From an uncultured Gammaproteobacteria bacterium (GTDB lineage: Bacteria > Patescibacteriota > Patescibacteriia > UBA9934 > CAMTUG01): a stretch of DNA of 64,000 nt. Under the pieces are notes generated by a model. It had not been told where the DNA came from. It saw only the letters and a list, made by a program, of their open reading frames with translations, and did not search any database. The position numbers and the translations under genes were made by a program. The stretch is taken from NCBI GenBank assembly GCA_964588955.1, contig CAZPQJ010000002.1, positions 58,078-122,077 of the forward strand, read 5' to 3'. Each line of letters opens with the position of its first letter. Positions within the stretch are counted from its first letter, which is position 1. Positions 46,418-56,200 of this stretch are shown piece after piece.

Positions 46418-46656
46418 AGCTGGAGAACGTTCACATTTGGTCTATTTTCGACTCACGGAGCCTCGGCGTCTTCGTCGACGTATGGCGTATACGTCTCCTT
46501 GTCGCCACTCCGTTCATCGAAACTAGCCTCAAATCTGAACGTTCTATTATTCCGCCCCGAGTTGCTCGGGGAACCCTTAAGGGCTATGGACGAATTAGTA
46601 GCCGAACTCTAGCGAAGTTAGCCAAAAAGGTCAAGTCCCCCTATAATGCCCCTACT

Positions 46657-47766
46657 ATGATTTTCTTTGTTTTAGGGTCACACCCAGAACTCTCCATTGC
46701 TGAGATTAAAGCTGTCCTTGGAAAAAAGGACGATAAGGGCCTCGTTCACGCGGGCGATGTTCTACTTGTTGATGAAGTAAAAACGTCGTTGCCTAATCTT
46801 CAGGCTCGTCTGGCTGGAACGATTAAGATCGGATCGATTATTGGGTCGCTCCCAAAGTGGAATAAAGAAGATGCCGCTGACTTAATCCGCTCGATGATGC
46901 CTTATGTGGAGGGACGCATTGAGTTTGGTGTCAGCGCCTATGGCAATCATATTTCTCGCAATGTAGAACCGCTCGGGCTTGAGATTAAAAAGAAGTTGAA
47001 GGAAGATGGATTCTCGTGTCGCCTCGTCACTAGCCGAGAGCCGGCATTATCGAGTGTTGTTATTGCAAAGAATCATCTGCTCACTTCTGGTGGTGAATAT
47101 GTATTGATTGAAGCGAATGGGGAGATTTTGATCGGGCAGACAGAAACCATCCAAGACTTTGAAGCATGGAGTACGCGTGACTTTGGTCGTCCGGCGCGCG
47201 ATGCGAAGAGCGGGATGCTTCCCCCAAAGCTTGCCCGCATGATGATCAACCTTACCGGTATTGAACCGGACGGCGCGTCGTTGCTGGATCCGTTTTGTGG
47301 ATCCGGAACCATTTTAATGGAGGCGGGATTGCTCGGATTTTCTGAAATCGTCGGCGGCGACATTAGCGAAAAAGCGTTTAAAGATACGGACAAAAATTTA
47401 CGCTGGGCTTTTGGCGAAAACCACGATGTGCGGTTGTATTTGTCCCCTGCGCAGGATTTACGTCTTGACGGTCGCGTGGACTGCGTGGTGACAGAACCCT
47501 TTTTAGGACGCCCGCAGCGCGGCGAGGAAACAAAAGCAGAACTAGAAACGATGAAGAACGAATTGACCGAACTGTATCTGAAGGTGTTTAAAAACATCCA
47601 CGACTTCATGAAACCGAACGCTATGCTTGTTGTGGCGTTTCCTTTGTTTCGTACAGGATCAGCTATGACAAAACCGCTCCCCGGTTTTACCCTTGAGAAG
47701 CGGTTTGTCTATGAGCGAGAAGGCCAACGTGTGGCGCGCGAAATTCTCGTGCTCAAACGCGTGTAG
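46657..47766 (+). CDS. THUMP-domain class I SAM-dependent RNA methyltransferase (UPF0020 / Trm14/RlmL-like).
   Basis: SAM motif LLDPFCGSGTILMEAGL, a downstream acidic motif and an N-terminal THUMP-like region. TATAAT lies 9 nt upstream of the ATG with no SD. Confidence 0.7.
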   Translation: MIFFVLGSHPELSIAEIKAVLGKKDDKGLVHAGDVLLVDEVKTSLPNLQARLAGTIKIGSIIGSLPKWNKEDAADLIRSMMPYVEGRIEFGVSAYGNHISRNVEPLGLEIKKKLKEDGFSCRLVTSREPALSSVVIAKNHLLTSGGEYVLIEANGEILIGQTETIQDFEAWSTRDFGRPARDAKSGMLPPKLARMMINLTGIEPDGASLLDPFCGSGTILMEAGLLGFSEIVGGDISEKAFKDTDKNLRWAFGENHDVRLYLSPAQDLRLDGRVDCVVTEPFLGRPQRGEETKAELETMKNELTELYLKVFKNIHDFMKPNAMLVVAFPLFRTGSAMTKPLPGFTLEKRFVYEREGQRVAREILVLKRV

Positions 47767-47910
47767 TTACATGTCGTCCTCTTCATCTTCTTCATCCGCC
47801 TCGTCTTCGTCCTCGCCTTCCTCACCCATACCCTCCATCTCATCCTCGGTATCATCGTCGCTGACGAGTCCGGAGTTAAAGTCGTCGTCATCACCCATGA
47901 ACATGTTCAT
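47767..47910 (-). CDS. Candidate 47-aa hyper-acidic peptide (MNMFMGDDDDFNSGLVSDDDTEDEMEGMGEEGEDEDEADEEDEEDDM).
   Basis: Small ORF 100 nt downstream of ychF on the same strand. Its antisense is a Ser-rich ORF (47693-47926), so the coding strand is ambiguous. Confidence 0.2.
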   Translation of the reverse strand: MNMFMGDDDDFNSGLVSDDDTEDEMEGMGEEGEDEDEADEEDEEDDM

Positions 47911-48010
47911 AGATTTTTTCCGTTAGTTTTTAGCGCTGGTAACTATAATAAACTGAGAAAAAAATCGCAACTCGTGTCAAGCCCTCGGAAGACGCGGTGG
48001 TCAAAAATTC

Positions 48011-49084
48011 CTAAACCCCCACTTTAAAGTGACAGGTGTCGCCGTCACGCATCACGTACTCTTTTCCCTCTGTGCGTAGTTTGCCAGCAGCTTTGGCTCC
48101 AGACTCTCCCAGCTCTACAAAATCTTTCCAATTGATAATTTCCGCGCAAATAAAGGCTTTTTCAAAGTCTGTGTGAATGACCCCGGCAGCTTGTGGGGCT
48201 TTGGTGCCTTTTTCGATTGTCCAGGCGCGGGATTCTTTTTCGCCGCTCGTGAAGTAGGTGATTAGATTTAGAAGCTCGTAGCCTTTTTTGATCACCCGAT
48301 CAAGGCCGGATTCGTTAAGTCCAAGCTCGGCCATAAACGCCGCCGCTTCTTCTTTGGGTAAGTCGACAAGTTCGGATTCGATTTTGACCGAGAGCGGAAT
48401 CGCCAAACGACCAGATCCGAGTGGAGAAGTCCAGTTAGGATCAGCTGCCGAGGTTTCATCAACGTTGACGATATACAAAATCGGTTTGGCGGTCAGAAGG
48501 GACAAGCTTTTGATCATCTTTTTTTCCTCTTCATCCATCTCCACCGTGATCGCCATCTTTCCCGCGGCTAACACGGGCTGGATACGCTCAAGCAAGGCTA
48601 ACTCTTTTTCTAAGTCCTTCGTTTTCCCTGCTTTCATTTTCGACTGCACCGTGCCAATGTATTTTTCTAAGGTATTCAAGTCGGCCGTAGCCAGTTCAAT
48701 TTCAATTACCTCCACGTCGCGGATTGGATCCACGGAGCCATCGACGTGGGTGACGTTAGGATCAGCAAAGGCGCGCACCACATGGGCGATCGCGTCGACT
48801 TCGCGAATGTGCGAAAGAAATTTGTTGCCAAGCCCCTCCCCTTTGCTGGCGCCTCTGACGATTCCGGCAATGTCTACAAACTCAATCGCCGTGGCTACGG
48901 TTTTTTCTGATTTGGATTTAGCGGAAAGTTGATGCAAGCGATCGTCTGGTACCTCTACAATTCCTACGTTTGGTTCGATGGTACAAAACGGAAAATTCTC
49001 GCAAGGCACCTGTTTTTTGGTGAGCGTTTTGAAAAGGGTAGATTTTCCGACGTTGGGCAGGCCAACGATGCCGATTTGTAACAT
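48011..49084 (-). CDS. ychF: Ribosome-binding ATPase YchF (Obg-family GTPase).
   Basis: MLQIGIVGLPNVGKSTLFKTLT (G1), the G4 region and a C-terminal TGS domain (…RDGDTCHFKVG). Confidence 0.9.
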   Translation of the reverse strand: MLQIGIVGLPNVGKSTLFKTLTKKQVPCENFPFCTIEPNVGIVEVPDDRLHQLSAKSKSEKTVATAIEFVDIAGIVRGASKGEGLGNKFLSHIREVDAIAHVVRAFADPNVTHVDGSVDPIRDVEVIEIELATADLNTLEKYIGTVQSKMKAGKTKDLEKELALLERIQPVLAAGKMAITVEMDEEEKKMIKSLSLLTAKPILYIVNVDETSAADPNWTSPLGSGRLAIPLSVKIESELVDLPKEEAAAFMAELGLNESGLDRVIKKGYELLNLITYFTSGEKESRAWTIEKGTKAPQAAGVIHTDFEKAFICAEIINWKDFVELGESGAKAAGKLRTEGKEYVMRDGDTCHFKVGV

Positions 49085-49234
49085 AGAATATGTATAGACG
49101 AGAGCGTTCGCTTTGATGTTTGGCGAGTATAACGATACGTCGGCGAAAAAGCAATTTTAAGACTGATTTATCCACTTGATTTTTGTCTGAAAACTTGCTA
49201 AGCTTGTCGGTACCAGTACGCTACATGCTCCAAC

Positions 49235-49534
49235 ATGTGGATATTTTTTTCTCAACCTATGGTTACGCGGCAGGAAGTACACGAAATTGTCGAGTCCAGC
49301 GCGAGCGAACAAGCGGACTTGTTCAAAGAATCGTTTAATCAACTCACGGATAGAATGGACGGGTTTGAACTAGGGTTATCAGATTTACGCACAGAAATGC
49401 GGCAAGGGTTTGCTTCACTCAATAAAACAATGAATCGCGTTTTAGATCTTCTCGGTGATCAAATGAGTGAAACGAAAAGTTTGAAAGGAAGAATGGATCG
49501 TTTTGAACAAGCCTATCCGCTGTCTGCGACCTAG
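49235..49534 (+). CDS. Hypothetical small coiled-coil protein (99 aa).
   Basis: ORF with heptad-like charged/hydrophobic pattern. No family recognised. Confidence 0.4.
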   Translation: MWIFFSQPMVTRQEVHEIVESSASEQADLFKESFNQLTDRMDGFELGLSDLRTEMRQGFASLNKTMNRVLDLLGDQMSETKSLKGRMDRFEQAYPLSAT

Positions 49535-49581
49535 ACATCTTGACGTCTTTGCTGAGAAAGCGTATCTTTTCGGCACGTCAT

Positions 49582-49657
49582 GGGCCGTTAGCTCAGTTGG
49601 TAGAGCGCTTCCATGGCATGGAAGAGGTCAAGAGTTCGAATCTCTTACGGTCCACCA
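49582..49657 (+). tRNA. tRNA-Ala (anticodon GGC).
   Basis: Cloverleaf with acceptor GGGCCGU…ACGGUCC including the G3:U70 alanine identity pair. Anticodon loop AUGGCAU. T-loop UUCGAAU. Encoded CCA. Followed by a terminator hairpin. Confidence 0.9.
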
Positions 49658-49704
49658 AAAACACCCCGGCATTATGCCGAGGCGTTTTTGTTTTTTCTCG
49701 TAGG

Positions 49705-52119
49705 TTACGGGGTTGGTTGCTGGTCGTCCGGATTGGTAGCTGACGTTTCTCCAGATTCGATTGGCTCAGGAATTCCTTCTGTGGTTTGACCGGACTGTAG
49801 GCGTTCCAATTTAGTTTTGACAAGGGCGTTGTCTGGATTGACCTCTGCCACTTTACTTACTTGCTCAATCGCTTTGTCGATCATCCCCTTTTGTTCGTAA
49901 ATGGCTGCCAGGAACCAACGGGCGTTGGCATAGGTTGGCTCGAGTTGTATGGCACGTTCAAGTTCAGCCTGAGCGAGATCGGTTTTTCCTTGGCGCAAAT
50001 AGAGCAGGCCAAGCTGGAAGGCAACGCCCACGTCGAGGGGATTATATTGTTTGACCGCTTCCATTTTGGTGATGGCGTCTGCCAAGCGTCCTTGCAATTG
50101 GTAGACAACGGCCAATTGATAATGTGCTGGCGCGTAGTCGGATTTAAGAGTGATGGCTTGGGTAAAGGCCCCTTCGGCTTTTGTCAGATCATCGGTAATG
50201 GTTTGTTGATCTTCCGCGCTGACAGCCGTTTTGGCAGTAGTGGCTTTTGATTGGATGATTTGGGCGAAGGTGAGATAGCTTTGACCAAGGTTGGTTGGGT
50301 GTGTGGGGTTGGTGGGTTCCAACACACTGGCTCGCGTGAAAGCTTCCACGGCAAACGGTTCGGCGCTTTGGTCGAGCGAAGAGACCTCACGGTATAAGGA
50401 TCCGAGTACGGTCCAATTGGCAACATTGTTTGGATTCAAGACCGTTGCTTGTTTGGCAGCATTGATGCTGAGTGCAGTCAGCTGGAGTAGCTGTTGCGAC
50501 GTTTCTGAAGAAACATTTTCCTCCGACAATCCTTTTTGTACACGCAGCAAAAGTGCTTGAGAAAGATTGCGATAGTAGACGTCGGAAAGTCGATTGAAGG
50601 TTGCTGCCGTGTTAAGTCTCTGAATAATTTGGTCTAAATCTCCTGCAGAACGATCAAGAGCGACGGCTTGGGCAAAGGCTATTTCGGCCGCATAGCGCTG
50701 GCTGGTTATAAACAGCCCCGTTACGATACCAACGGCCAAGAGTACAAAGAGAAAAGACGACAGTAATCCCGCCCGTGGTGATTGGGTAAAGGAAAGCGAT
50801 GACGACTTTTGCGCTAGATGGCGCACGAGTAACGCAGACAGCATCCAGAAAAAGAACAGGAGAGTCATGGTTGTGGAATACAATGCCATGGCCACAACAA
50901 GCGAACTCCAGGCGGCGAAGACGGCGAAGAGCACGCCGTCGTTATCGCTCTTGCGTCGGACAATATGATGCAGCGTCTTGGTGGCCAAAACGAAAATGAA
51001 CAGCAAGAACAATCCTGTACCGACAAGGCCGATTGTTGGCAAGAGGGTAAGAATATGTGAGGAGGCGCGATCGAACGGTGTCGACCAAAAAGTCGTGGCG
51101 TTCAAGTTCGTCGGGCGAAAGCTGTTGAAGTCTTGCTGGTAGCTTCCCGGACCAGATCCAAAGAGAAGTGTGTTTCCACTAAGGGTTTGTTTGCCAATCT
51201 CCCAGCTCGTCTTTTGGCTCAGTGTAACCTCTGGAATAGCTCCAAGGTGAAAGGGGGAAGGAAGAAAAAGAAACAGCAAGGCAACGACAAATAGTCCCAT
51301 TGGTAAAACAACGTGGCCGTGCGTTTGTGCTTGTTCCGTGCGTGAAAGCGCGAAGACAAATAACAAGGCGACGCCGACCAAGAGAATCACCCATAGCACC
51401 CAATAATCTAAAGCGATGAAAACGACGAGGGAGAGGGCGGTGAGAACGAAAGTGAGAATACGGGCGAAACGATGGAGAGAAATGGAATCACCAAGCCACG
51501 GCTTGTCTTGTAGAAGGAGTCCGTTTCCAAGAATGACCGCCCCAATAAGGAAAATAGCTGCCGCGTTTAATGTACCAATGGTGTTGGCGGCGGTGCCCGA
51601 TTGCCCAAGTAGACCGAGTACAGGAACCCCGCATAGTTGTAGGGTAAGCTGGATGGCGACGAGGGTGGCGGAAGCAAGTACGGCGAGTAGGAGTCGGCGG
51701 GTGTCGTGTTGCTGTTCGTTATTGTTGCTTATGAGTAAGAAGAAAATGAAGAAAAATGCCGTCGTGAGAACGCTGGCGTACTGCTGTCCTGCTTGTCCAA
51801 TCCAGGTATTGAAATAGCCGCCGGATAATTCCGCTGAAAGAATACTAGCGAGCAGAAACAGTGCCGGCACAATCACCACCAGGCCGCGTTTGATGGTGAG
51901 CTCTCGACGTGTGATGACACTGCCAAGCCAGGCCAGAGCAGACAAGCAGACAAAAAATGTCAGCAGTGTTTGTTTGTTAACTTCCAGCGGGTCGACGGTA
52001 AGCGGAAGGATGCACAGGGGGAGGAGAAACACGAGAGCAATCAGCAACCAACGCACTACAGGTTCGTAAGCACGCGCGAGGTTGCGAAAACGTGAAGCGG
52101 ACGTTTCCATAATGAACAA
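49705..52119 (-). CDS. O-antigen ligase/polymerase-like (Wzy_C) polytopic membrane protein with a C-terminal TPR-repeat domain.
   Basis: ~12 TM helices across ~450 aa, then TPR-like repeats (…AHYQLAVVYQLQGRLADAITKMEAV…AFQLGLLYLRQGKTDLAQAELERAIQL…). Confidence 0.7.
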   Translation of the reverse strand: MFIMETSASRFRNLARAYEPVVRWLLIALVFLLPLCILPLTVDPLEVNKQTLLTFFVCLSALAWLGSVITRRELTIKRGLVVIVPALFLLASILSAELSGGYFNTWIGQAGQQYASVLTTAFFFIFFLLISNNNEQQHDTRRLLLAVLASATLVAIQLTLQLCGVPVLGLLGQSGTAANTIGTLNAAAIFLIGAVILGNGLLLQDKPWLGDSISLHRFARILTFVLTALSLVVFIALDYWVLWVILLVGVALLFVFALSRTEQAQTHGHVVLPMGLFVVALLFLFLPSPFHLGAIPEVTLSQKTSWEIGKQTLSGNTLLFGSGPGSYQQDFNSFRPTNLNATTFWSTPFDRASSHILTLLPTIGLVGTGLFLLFIFVLATKTLHHIVRRKSDNDGVLFAVFAAWSSLVVAMALYSTTMTLLFFFWMLSALLVRHLAQKSSSLSFTQSPRAGLLSSFLFVLLAVGIVTGLFITSQRYAAEIAFAQAVALDRSAGDLDQIIQRLNTAATFNRLSDVYYRNLSQALLLRVQKGLSEENVSSETSQQLLQLTALSINAAKQATVLNPNNVANWTVLGSLYREVSSLDQSAEPFAVEAFTRASVLEPTNPTHPTNLGQSYLTFAQIIQSKATTAKTAVSAEDQQTITDDLTKAEGAFTQAITLKSDYAPAHYQLAVVYQLQGRLADAITKMEAVKQYNPLDVGVAFQLGLLYLRQGKTDLAQAELERAIQLEPTYANARWFLAAIYEQKGMIDKAIEQVSKVAEVNPDNALVKTKLERLQSGQTTEGIPEPIESGETSATNPDDQQPTP

Positions 52120-52243
52120 GACGAATTATGAACGTTAATGCGATTAGTATAACACAACGCGGCTGACTTTGGCGGCGTTTCCGTGTTTTATGGATTGACA
52201 AAGATGAAAAAAGTGTTCTATAGTTTAATAGGAGGAGTCGCAC

Positions 52244-53221
52244 ATGCGTAAACTCATGGCTGCTGTCGCGGCACTCTGCGCGACGCTACTGGGCGATCAA
52301 GTTCCCTCTCACAGTGGGACTGCGACGAACGTGTCGCAGTGTCCGGTAGGGATGGTTCTTGTGCGCGACACGGAAGACACGTTCTGTATTCACGCGCACG
52401 AACCGTCTGTTCGTGGAAACTTCGGAAGCGATTTGCAGGGAGTGGCGGGTGCGATTCCTCCGAAGGGGGTCGTGATCACGTCTTCGCCTGGGGTCGTGCC
52501 CACCGTTGGCTATTCCTTCAGTCAGGCGCGAGCGTTCTGCACCATGCAGGGGGAGGGCTGGCACCTGGCCACGCTAAAGGAGTGGTTGAAAGCAGCCGGA
52601 CAGATTGATGAAACGGCAGCGACAGCCAACTGCAACATCAGCAACAAGTCCCGTTCGCTGATGCCGACAGGCAGCTTCCCTCTGTGCAAGAGTTCTTGGG
52701 GGGCAGTCGACATGGTCGGCAATGCGTGGGAGTGGGCAGATCCTCGAGCGAACGTCAGTACGCAAGCTTTCATGAAGATGGCCGAAGGGTCACACTTCGT
52801 GATTCGCACGGCCGCTACTGGCGTGGTTCAGATGGACACCTTCACCTTCGCGCATCTGAAGCGTGATATCGTCGGTTTCGCCAACGTCCATGCTGGACTC
52901 GATCCGGACGGGACTTACGTCTTGTCTACGGAAGGTGCGGAGTGGGATTGGCGCAACCGTCCGATTGGATACCTCGCCTACCGCGACGGAATCGGTTCAG
53001 AGGGGAATCCGGCAAATGACCTGCCGGTCGAAGTCGTCCGCGATCCGAACATTCCTCGACGTGCCTATCTGCGAATCGCGGGTGATCTGGATGGGCAACC
53101 CATCACCGCCAAAGTCGGTGGTGCCCACTACCTGGGCATGCCGAAAGCCGTGTCTTACGGACATACGGCGAATTTCAAGGGTACGATCCTTGGTCGCTGT
53201 GTAGCCCCGCCCATCAACTAG
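52244..53221 (+). CDS. Secreted FGE-sulfatase (SUMF1/formylglycine-generating enzyme) domain protein.
   Basis: YSFSQARAFC…GWHLATLKEW…GAVDMVGNAWEWA matches FGE-domain motifs. Signal peptide. GC-rich (~60%). Confidence 0.65.
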   Translation: MRKLMAAVAALCATLLGDQVPSHSGTATNVSQCPVGMVLVRDTEDTFCIHAHEPSVRGNFGSDLQGVAGAIPPKGVVITSSPGVVPTVGYSFSQARAFCTMQGEGWHLATLKEWLKAAGQIDETAATANCNISNKSRSLMPTGSFPLCKSSWGAVDMVGNAWEWADPRANVSTQAFMKMAEGSHFVIRTAATGVVQMDTFTFAHLKRDIVGFANVHAGLDPDGTYVLSTEGAEWDWRNRPIGYLAYRDGIGSEGNPANDLPVEVVRDPNIPRRAYLRIAGDLDGQPITAKVGGAHYLGMPKAVSYGHTANFKGTILGRCVAPPIN

Positions 53222-53285
53222 CGCAACTTCATGCGCCGAAAAGACCGCCATCCCTCTCGGGACGGCGGTCGAACTTTTTTATGTT

Positions 53286-56200
53286 TTACGGGGTTGGGGC
53301 TGTGTCCGCGCTTGTGTCTGGCGCGGGTGGAACTGAATCGGTCGGTGCGGCATCCGTCGGAGTGTCAGAGGAAGAACTGACGGGGTCCGCTGATTCTGTT
53401 GGTTCAGTTGATGTCGTTGTGTCCGCTGTGTCTGTTGTTGGCTCAGTGGTGGGTGTGTCAGAAGGGGGTGCTGTGTCCGCCGACGTCTCTGACAGTGCCG
53501 GTTCTTCCGTCGACGTCTCTGACGGTGTGACTTCCGGAGTCGTGGTCGGCACCAATGCTTCGGACGGCTCGTAGCCGTTACGGTAAGCAATCACCAACCA
53601 ATCAAAGCTAACGTCTGAAGATCCACCAGATTCCTGCACCGAGAATCCATTATTATCTTTTTCACTCACGTACAACGGATCCGTCGGACCGTTGGCAGTA
53701 ACGAGTACGCGGATTTCTGCCACCGGCGAAATGATGTCGTTGAAGTTGGGATCGATATCTTCAAAGTCGATCTGTGCTTCGCCATTGTTGAGCTCGCTCG
53801 TTCCAGAAAGGGTGATGGTTGTTTGTGGAGACATGGTGGCAGTAACTGTTGCCGTGCCGCCTTGAAGGGTGTCGACTTCGGCAGTGTAAGTCTTTGTTGT
53901 AATAAATGTACCATCTTCCTCCACGCTCCAGTTGTCGGCAATACCAACCAATCGGCCAATGTTAATGATTTGATGACCGTTCAAGTAGAGGTCGCCGTCG
54001 AGGCTCAGTGAAGAAAGACTTCCACTGTGCGTGTCGGAAGCTGTGTTGACTGAGGCGGAGTCATTCACAATTTGGCCGGCACCATAGCGCACAAAGACTT
54101 GGATGGTTCCTTGGCCAGACGTAAGACTGCTGAGGGCTGTAGCGACGATCGCTTCCCCGCTGTTTGCTTTGCGGGCAAATCCAGGAGTGCTCGATGGGGT
54201 GAGGGCATCCCCAGGAGCGATTGGGCCGTTTTCATCGTTCACATGCAAAGGAACACGTCCATTCAAGGCCACAGGCTGTGGATGCTCGGCTTGCTCCTTA
54301 AGATCAGATCCAATCACCTGGATTGGCGAGGTGGAGATGATGCCGAAGGTTTTGCTTCCAGAAGCAGAGCTTGCCAAGGTAAGGATAGGTAGTGTTTTTT
54401 GGGAAGTGGCTCGCAAGATTTCTCCCGTAAACGCGTTACTTTCATTGGCTGTGTAGGTGATCGTTTGGTCGGAAAGGGCTACCACATCTCCAGCCGCAAC
54501 GGAGCCGTCTGTTTCATACCACTCGGCAAAGTCAGCGGGGGCACCGCTACAAGCTACAATGTCGCGTGTTGCATCTGTGGCGGCGTCGACGTTGGCACCG
54601 GAGTGACACAAACCGTTGGTGGTTGCCGTACCGTTTAAGTTAACGGATGTGATACCTGTTGATGCGACGGCGAACTTTCCACTGTTAACCGTAATGGCCG
54701 TGTCCCATCCGTTGCCAATAACAATACCCTGTTCTGTTCCAGCGCCAGGGGTGGTGATTGTACCGATGTTTAGTCCGATCATTGTGCCAGCGGCCGGACC
54801 AGTTGTTGGCGCTGTGATATTAATTCCGGTTTCTTGTCCACCAGTAGTAATTGCGCCAGTGTCTGGGAAAGCAATGTTTACCCCGTTTGCCTGTACACTG
54901 CCGGTTGTTTGAGTGATGGCGGGAATTGTAGCAAGATAGCCGTTCCAGGTAATCGCTCCAGCAGCGGTGTTCTGCGTGATTGCTGCACCGCTGAGCGCGC
55001 TGTATGCCGTAAGTCCTTCTGTGCCGCCGCCTGAACGTGTTCCGCCTAGCGTGGTAACGACTGCTCCCTTGATGAATTGGTTATTGGCCCCTGTCAGGTT
55101 CGTCGACATGTCTAAGTTAAGACCAGTGAGGCCGCCGGTTTGCGTGGTTGCCCCTCCAAAGGCCGTATTCAGAAGAGTGCCGCTCGTTGTTCTGGCGGCA
55201 AGGCTGAGGAGCGTGTTAGACGTGACGTTAGTGCCCGTGAGTGTGAGTGCTGTGGCGTTTGTTGATGGGGTAATGTTGAGGGCGCCGTTGCCGTCGAAAT
55301 AGAAGCCATTACCGGAAATGCCAATGTCCCAACCTGTACCGAGCGAGATCCCCGTAGAGTTAATGGTTCCTCCACCGGCGTCGGTAAGGGCGCCGATAGA
55401 AATGCCGTTTACAAAATCCGTTCCGCTTGTCGTGGCCGTAAAGGCGTCCACGGCCAGAACGGAATAGGTGTCACTACCGTTACCTGTATACGATGGCACA
55501 AGATGCAAAAGATTATTCGTACTATTGGTTGCACCAAAGGTGAGAGAAAGGCCGTCAACGTTTGCCGTGGTCGTGGCTTGACCAGTGTTGGTGATAGAGA
55601 GCATGTCGACAGTTGGAGCATCGGCGGCAGCGATATTGACGCTGTCAGAATAATCACCAACAACGGAGAAAAGATTGTCCCAGCGTGTTCCCGTTGCGCC
55701 AATATCGGCCGATCCCGCGCCAAGCTGCGGCAAGAAGTCATCATCGGTGCCAAGCTGAACCGTGCCAGAGGAATCGAGGGTGAAGGTGCCTGTGGAGACA
55801 ATGGAGTTATCTAAAAAGTTGGTCGTCCCTGAAGCACCGGCGCTAAACCCAATATCGCTGAAGACTTCGCCGTCACCTTCAACGCGGAAGATGTCGTTAT
55901 TTGCTCCTCCAAAGTCGTCTTGAAGGAGGATGAGATCAGCCGCAGCGGCTGTCTCGCCGGTGTCGATAAATAAGGCACGACCAGAGTCGTCAGTAAAGTT
56001 GCCGGTAGTAATTTTAAGCGCTTGGCCAGTGGTAAGCGAAGGCGCGGCGATATCGACGGTATTCGCCGTTGTTGCAAAACTGGCAGTTCCACTGATGAGG
56101 GATCCATTACCAGCGTGTGTTATAAGTAACACGTTGTCTGTGTTTGTTGCGCTGGTATTTCTGGCAAAAATTGCATCACCAAGACCGGCTTGAGTTACTC

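Noticed and set aside
47693-47926. 77-aa Ser-rich plus-strand ORF.
   Set aside because: It mirrors the acidic minus-strand ORF over the same repeat tract. It is a low-complexity poly-Ser run continuing past the methyltransferase stop. Neither strand can be confirmed.
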